Assembly: GCA_965198235.1 (NCBI GenBank)
Contig: OZ240248.1
Span: 576,001 to 640,000 of the forward strand
Reading direction: 5' to 3'
DNA length: 64,000 bases
Origin: Candidatus Poribacteria bacterium
GTDB taxonomy: Bacteria; Poribacteria; WGA-4E; WGA-3G
The position numbers and the translations under genes were made by a program. The notes under the pieces are model-generated. The model saw only the letters and a list, made by a program, of their open reading frames with translations, was not told the origin of the DNA and ran no database searches. Numbering within the stretch: position 1 is the stretch's first letter; every line of letters begins with the position of its first letter. This document shows positions 60,683 through 64,000 of this stretch, one piece after another.

Positions 60683-61423
60683 TTGATGCTCAAAGCTATT
60701 ACATTTGATTTTTGGCAAACCCTCTATGCAGATTCTGATAGCAACTGGCGAAAGCGTCAGGCGATACGTGTTAAACACTGTTATACGTACCTTGACAGTC
60801 GCGGCTACGCTTGTACATTGAATGACGTGGAATTCGGACTTGAAGAGGCATACGATTTGGTGGCATCTCTATGGCATCAACATAAAGGGATCTCAGTGAA
60901 GCGGGGCATGCATCGGTTCGCTGAGGTGCTTCACCTTCAGCTTGAGGAGGAAGACCTTGATCAATTGATTGAGTGTCTTGGCACGGCTTTTTTGGAAACA
61001 CCACCGATTATGATGCCACATGTCAAACCGGTCATTTCTCGGTTGAGTGAAAGTTATCCGCTTGGAATTATCTCAGACTCGGCACTAACGCCCGGCAGTT
61101 TTGTTCGAAAACTGATGGCGCGCGACGGTATTTTACAATACTTTACAGCTTTCACATTCTCCGACGAAACGGATTATACAAAACCTCAAATGGTGCAATT
61201 CCATTCAACTTTAGCACAACTGAACGCTAAACCCTCGGAAGCGGTGCACGTCGGCGATATTTTCCGAACGGATATTGTCGGCGCGAAAAATGCGGGGATG
61301 AAAGCGATTCGTTTCGCAGGCTTCAATAAAGGAGAAGGAGACGACACGCTTAGTGATGCTGTTGTTGACGACTATCGGAAGTTAGAGACCGTCATCACTG
61401 AGTTGTCAAAATACGGAACATAA
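60683..61423 (+). CDS. HAD-superfamily hydrolase
   Basis: ITFDFWQTL, GIISD, KP, HVGD..TDIVGAKNAGM. Confidence 0.92.
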   Translation: MMLKAITFDFWQTLYADSDSNWRKRQAIRVKHCYTYLDSRGYACTLNDVEFGLEEAYDLVASLWHQHKGISVKRGMHRFAEVLHLQLEEEDLDQLIECLGTAFLETPPIMMPHVKPVISRLSESYPLGIISDSALTPGSFVRKLMARDGILQYFTAFTFSDETDYTKPQMVQFHSTLAQLNAKPSEAVHVGDIFRTDIVGAKNAGMKAIRFAGFNKGEGDDTLSDAVVDDYRKLETVITELSKYGT

Positions 61424-61433
61424 GGGAGAAAAA

Positions 61434-62342
61434 ATGGCAAAAGTATTGGTCTCCGGTGGCACCGGGTTTATCGGCAGTCGAGTCTGCACTGCTCTCCACG
61501 AACAGGGTGATACGGTGCATGTATTATCTCGCAATCCGACACGTGCACAAACGAAATTGAAATCCGCAAGAGCGGCCTACGGTTGGAAGCCTGAAACCGA
61601 AAAACTTCCTTCAGAAGCCACATCAGATGTGAAAGCGGTAGTTCATCTGGCGGGTGAAACCATCGCAGGTAGATGGAATACCGAAAAAAAACGGCGGATA
61701 CGGGACAGTCGAATTCTTTCTACGCGAAACCTCGTTGCGTCGTTTGCTGGAGCGTCCACAAAACCCGATGTGCTTGTCTGTGCTTCCGCAATCGGATACT
61801 ACGGCGATAGTGGCGACGAGCACTTTACGGAGGTGTCGTCCGCTGGCACCGACTTTCTCGCCAAAACCTGTCAAGAATGGGAGACAGAAGCCCAAAAAGC
61901 AGATGAGTTTGGGATTCGGGTGGTCATGGTTCGTATTGGGCTTGTGCTTGGGTTAGGCGGTGGGCTGTTAACACAGGTCCTTCCACCCTTTAAAATGGGA
62001 TTCGGTGGCATACTTGGCAGTGGTCGGCAGTGGATGTCTTGGATCCATGTCGATGATGTGGTTGGTATTGTGATACACGCTTTAGAGAATGAAGAGATTC
62101 GGGGTCCCCTGAACGCGACGGCACCTATTCCTGTCAGAAATGTGGAGTTCACGAAAACGCTCGGCACTGTGCTACGGCGACCAACGCTGTTTCCTGTCCC
62201 AACGCTCGGCTTGCGGTTGATGATGGGTGAATTTGCGGACTTCGTTGTGCTGAGTCAGAACGTGCTTCCAGAGAAAACAGAGGTAAGCGGTTACGAATTT
62301 CGCCACCGGACGCTTGAATCCGCTTTGAGAGACCTGCTATAG
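61434..62342 (+). CDS. TIGR01777 (YfcH-like) NAD-dependent epimerase family
   Basis: SGGTGFIG, HLAGE, SAIGYYG, GSGRQWMSWIHVDD. Confidence 0.93.
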   Translation: MAKVLVSGGTGFIGSRVCTALHEQGDTVHVLSRNPTRAQTKLKSARAAYGWKPETEKLPSEATSDVKAVVHLAGETIAGRWNTEKKRRIRDSRILSTRNLVASFAGASTKPDVLVCASAIGYYGDSGDEHFTEVSSAGTDFLAKTCQEWETEAQKADEFGIRVVMVRIGLVLGLGGGLLTQVLPPFKMGFGGILGSGRQWMSWIHVDDVVGIVIHALENEEIRGPLNATAPIPVRNVEFTKTLGTVLRRPTLFPVPTLGLRLMMGEFADFVVLSQNVLPEKTEVSGYEFRHRTLESALRDLL

Positions 62343-62364
62343 ACGCGCAGAACCCCAACGAAAT

Positions 62365-63702
62365 ATGAAGATCCGCGATGTGCTGCTTTCTGATTACGGA
62401 AAAGCCTCAAGTATACCTTCCCCGGTTAACCAGCTGATGACCGATTTCGCTATCGGTTTTCGAGATGAACGCGACATCAATCTCGGTGTCGGATATGTCA
62501 ATGAACGGACGATTCCGCATCAGCAGATTCAACACGCCTGCGAAGAAGTTCTCGCTCACCCTAAAAAATACCGCGCTTCTCTAAATTACGGCGGTGCACA
62601 AGGCTCTCCAAACCTGATTGAGTCGCTCAGAAGGTTCCACATTGAAAATCGGATTGGCGGAATCACTGAACAAACTTTAAACAATCGAGACATTGTTATC
62701 GGCGCGAATGGCGCGACGAGTTTGTTAGAGAGCATCACCCATCTACTTCCTGTTGGTATTGTGATGACCGCAGATCCGATGTATTATATCTACTGCAACG
62801 ATTTGGGGAGGAAAGGTTTTAGCGTTATAGCGATACCTGAAGATGATGAAGGACTTGATGCCGAACGTTTGAGAGCGAAACTAACGACGCTCGGCAACGA
62901 AAAAGAGGCTATTCGCTTTTTCTATGTTGTAACCGTTAACAATCCGACCTGCACAATTCTATCCAATAATCGTAAGAGAGAACTCGTTGACATTGTTACC
63001 CGACTTTCATACGAAGTCGGACGGAAGATCCCGATTTTTTTCGACAATGCCTATCGCGACCTCGTGCATGACAGTGCCGTAGAACCTTTGGAGTCTGCAC
63101 TCTGCTACGATACACTCGGCATTGTCTATGAGATTGGTACGTTGTCAAAGATCCTCGCACCTGGGTTACGCATCGGTTACCTCATCGGTCCCAAAGGTCC
63201 GTTTCTCGACAGCATTATTCAACGCACAAGCGACATCGGTTTCAGCGCGCCGTTAATCAATCAAGAAATTGCAAGCTACTTGCTCGACCACGGTATTGAA
63301 GCACAAATCCAAAAGGTTAATAACGGGTATCACCAGAAGGCGAAACAGGTCGAAGCGTGGATAACAGAATTGCTGGGCGATAGCATTCAGGAGTGCCGGG
63401 GTGGAAATGCTGGATTCTACTACTACTTGACGCTGGCGAGTGTCGTAACGGGTTCAACCTCCGATTTTTTCAAGTTTTTGACGCGAACGACTGGACGGGC
63501 AGAGGTCGACGGACCCTTACGCTCCGAACATCCCAAAGTGATTTACATTCCGGGTGAACATTGTGTCCATCCAGATGGCGAAATGGTCGAGGTTGGGAAG
63601 CGACAGTTCCGTATATCCTACGGATTTGAGGAACTCCCTCAGATTCACGCTGCGTTGAAACACATGAAATCCGCGGTAGCCTATAGCCATGAAAATTCGT
63701 AA
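62365..63702 (+). CDS. PLP-dependent aminotransferase class I/II
   Basis: INLGVGY, VNNPT, FDNAY, TLSKILAPGLRIGY, FRISYG. Confidence 0.88.
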   Translation: MKIRDVLLSDYGKASSIPSPVNQLMTDFAIGFRDERDINLGVGYVNERTIPHQQIQHACEEVLAHPKKYRASLNYGGAQGSPNLIESLRRFHIENRIGGITEQTLNNRDIVIGANGATSLLESITHLLPVGIVMTADPMYYIYCNDLGRKGFSVIAIPEDDEGLDAERLRAKLTTLGNEKEAIRFFYVVTVNNPTCTILSNNRKRELVDIVTRLSYEVGRKIPIFFDNAYRDLVHDSAVEPLESALCYDTLGIVYEIGTLSKILAPGLRIGYLIGPKGPFLDSIIQRTSDIGFSAPLINQEIASYLLDHGIEAQIQKVNNGYHQKAKQVEAWITELLGDSIQECRGGNAGFYYYLTLASVVTGSTSDFFKFLTRTTGRAEVDGPLRSEHPKVIYIPGEHCVHPDGEMVEVGKRQFRISYGFEELPQIHAALKHMKSAVAYSHENS

Positions 63703-63752
63703 TCTCCGATAAGCGCGTTTACAAGGCGCTTTCCCAAAAAGGAAATTGAAAA

Positions 63753-64000
63753 ATGCGATTGAAGGATAAGGTTGTGTTGTTCGGTGGTGCCGGTTCAAAC
63801 ATGAGCCGTGCGACTGCTCTGCTTTTCGCACAAGAGGGTGCGAAGATCGTACTTGCTGCACGCACGATAGAGACAATGGAAGAGACAGCGAAACGCATTC
63901 GTGCTAACGGTGCAGATGTGCTAACGCATCAAACCGATTTGACAGATGCGGCGCAAGTAGACGCGCTTATTGATGCTGCGGTGGCGAAGTTTGGCGGTGT
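63753..64000 (+). CDS. SDR family oxidoreductase, N-terminal part (runs off window end)
   Basis: Manual translation MRLKDKVVLFGGAGSNMSRATALLFAQEGAKIVLAAR...DLTD..QVDALIDAAVAKFGG. Confidence 0.88.
   Translation, partial: MRLKDKVVLFGGAGSNMSRATALLFAQEGAKIVLAARTIETMEETAKRIRANGADVLTHQTDLTDAAQVDALIDAAVAKFGG

Overview
A 64-kb bacterial chromosomal window, most likely Ca. Poribacteria or a close relative. This is inferred from the C-terminal xTTWGxLK motifs, an LDL-receptor-B/dockerin/NYPNPFNPETWIP surface protein, a giant TPR protein and dense intergenic repeats. Housekeeping genes present: yidD, rnpA, rimI, groES-groEL, rpsU, lgt, livFG, dprA, guaA, rplU-rpmA and rng. There is also a PorX-like two-component pair, an ECF sigma/anti-sigma pair and several secreted or surface proteins. 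Mobile content is rich: two TnpB-only IS200/IS605 elements (TTAT target, TCAC right end), a non-coding mini-IS605, two Y1/RAYT transposases with REP arrays (one destroyed by TnpB insertion) and MITEs. Best novelty candidate: both tnpB genes have a ~90-nt 5' leader that starts at the predicted transcription start. It folds into a five-helix pseudoknotted RNA whose pairings covary between the two copies, and it is separate from the 3' omegaRNA. Other highlights are arrays of 4-6 tandem sigma70 promoters feeding long structured leaders, a sigma54 promoter with four enhancer-like palindromes at groESL, REP palindromes embedded in-frame in proteins, a TGA interrupting a membrane anchor, and an apparent ATC start codon. 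All calls were made by eye from sequence motifs; no database searches were run.
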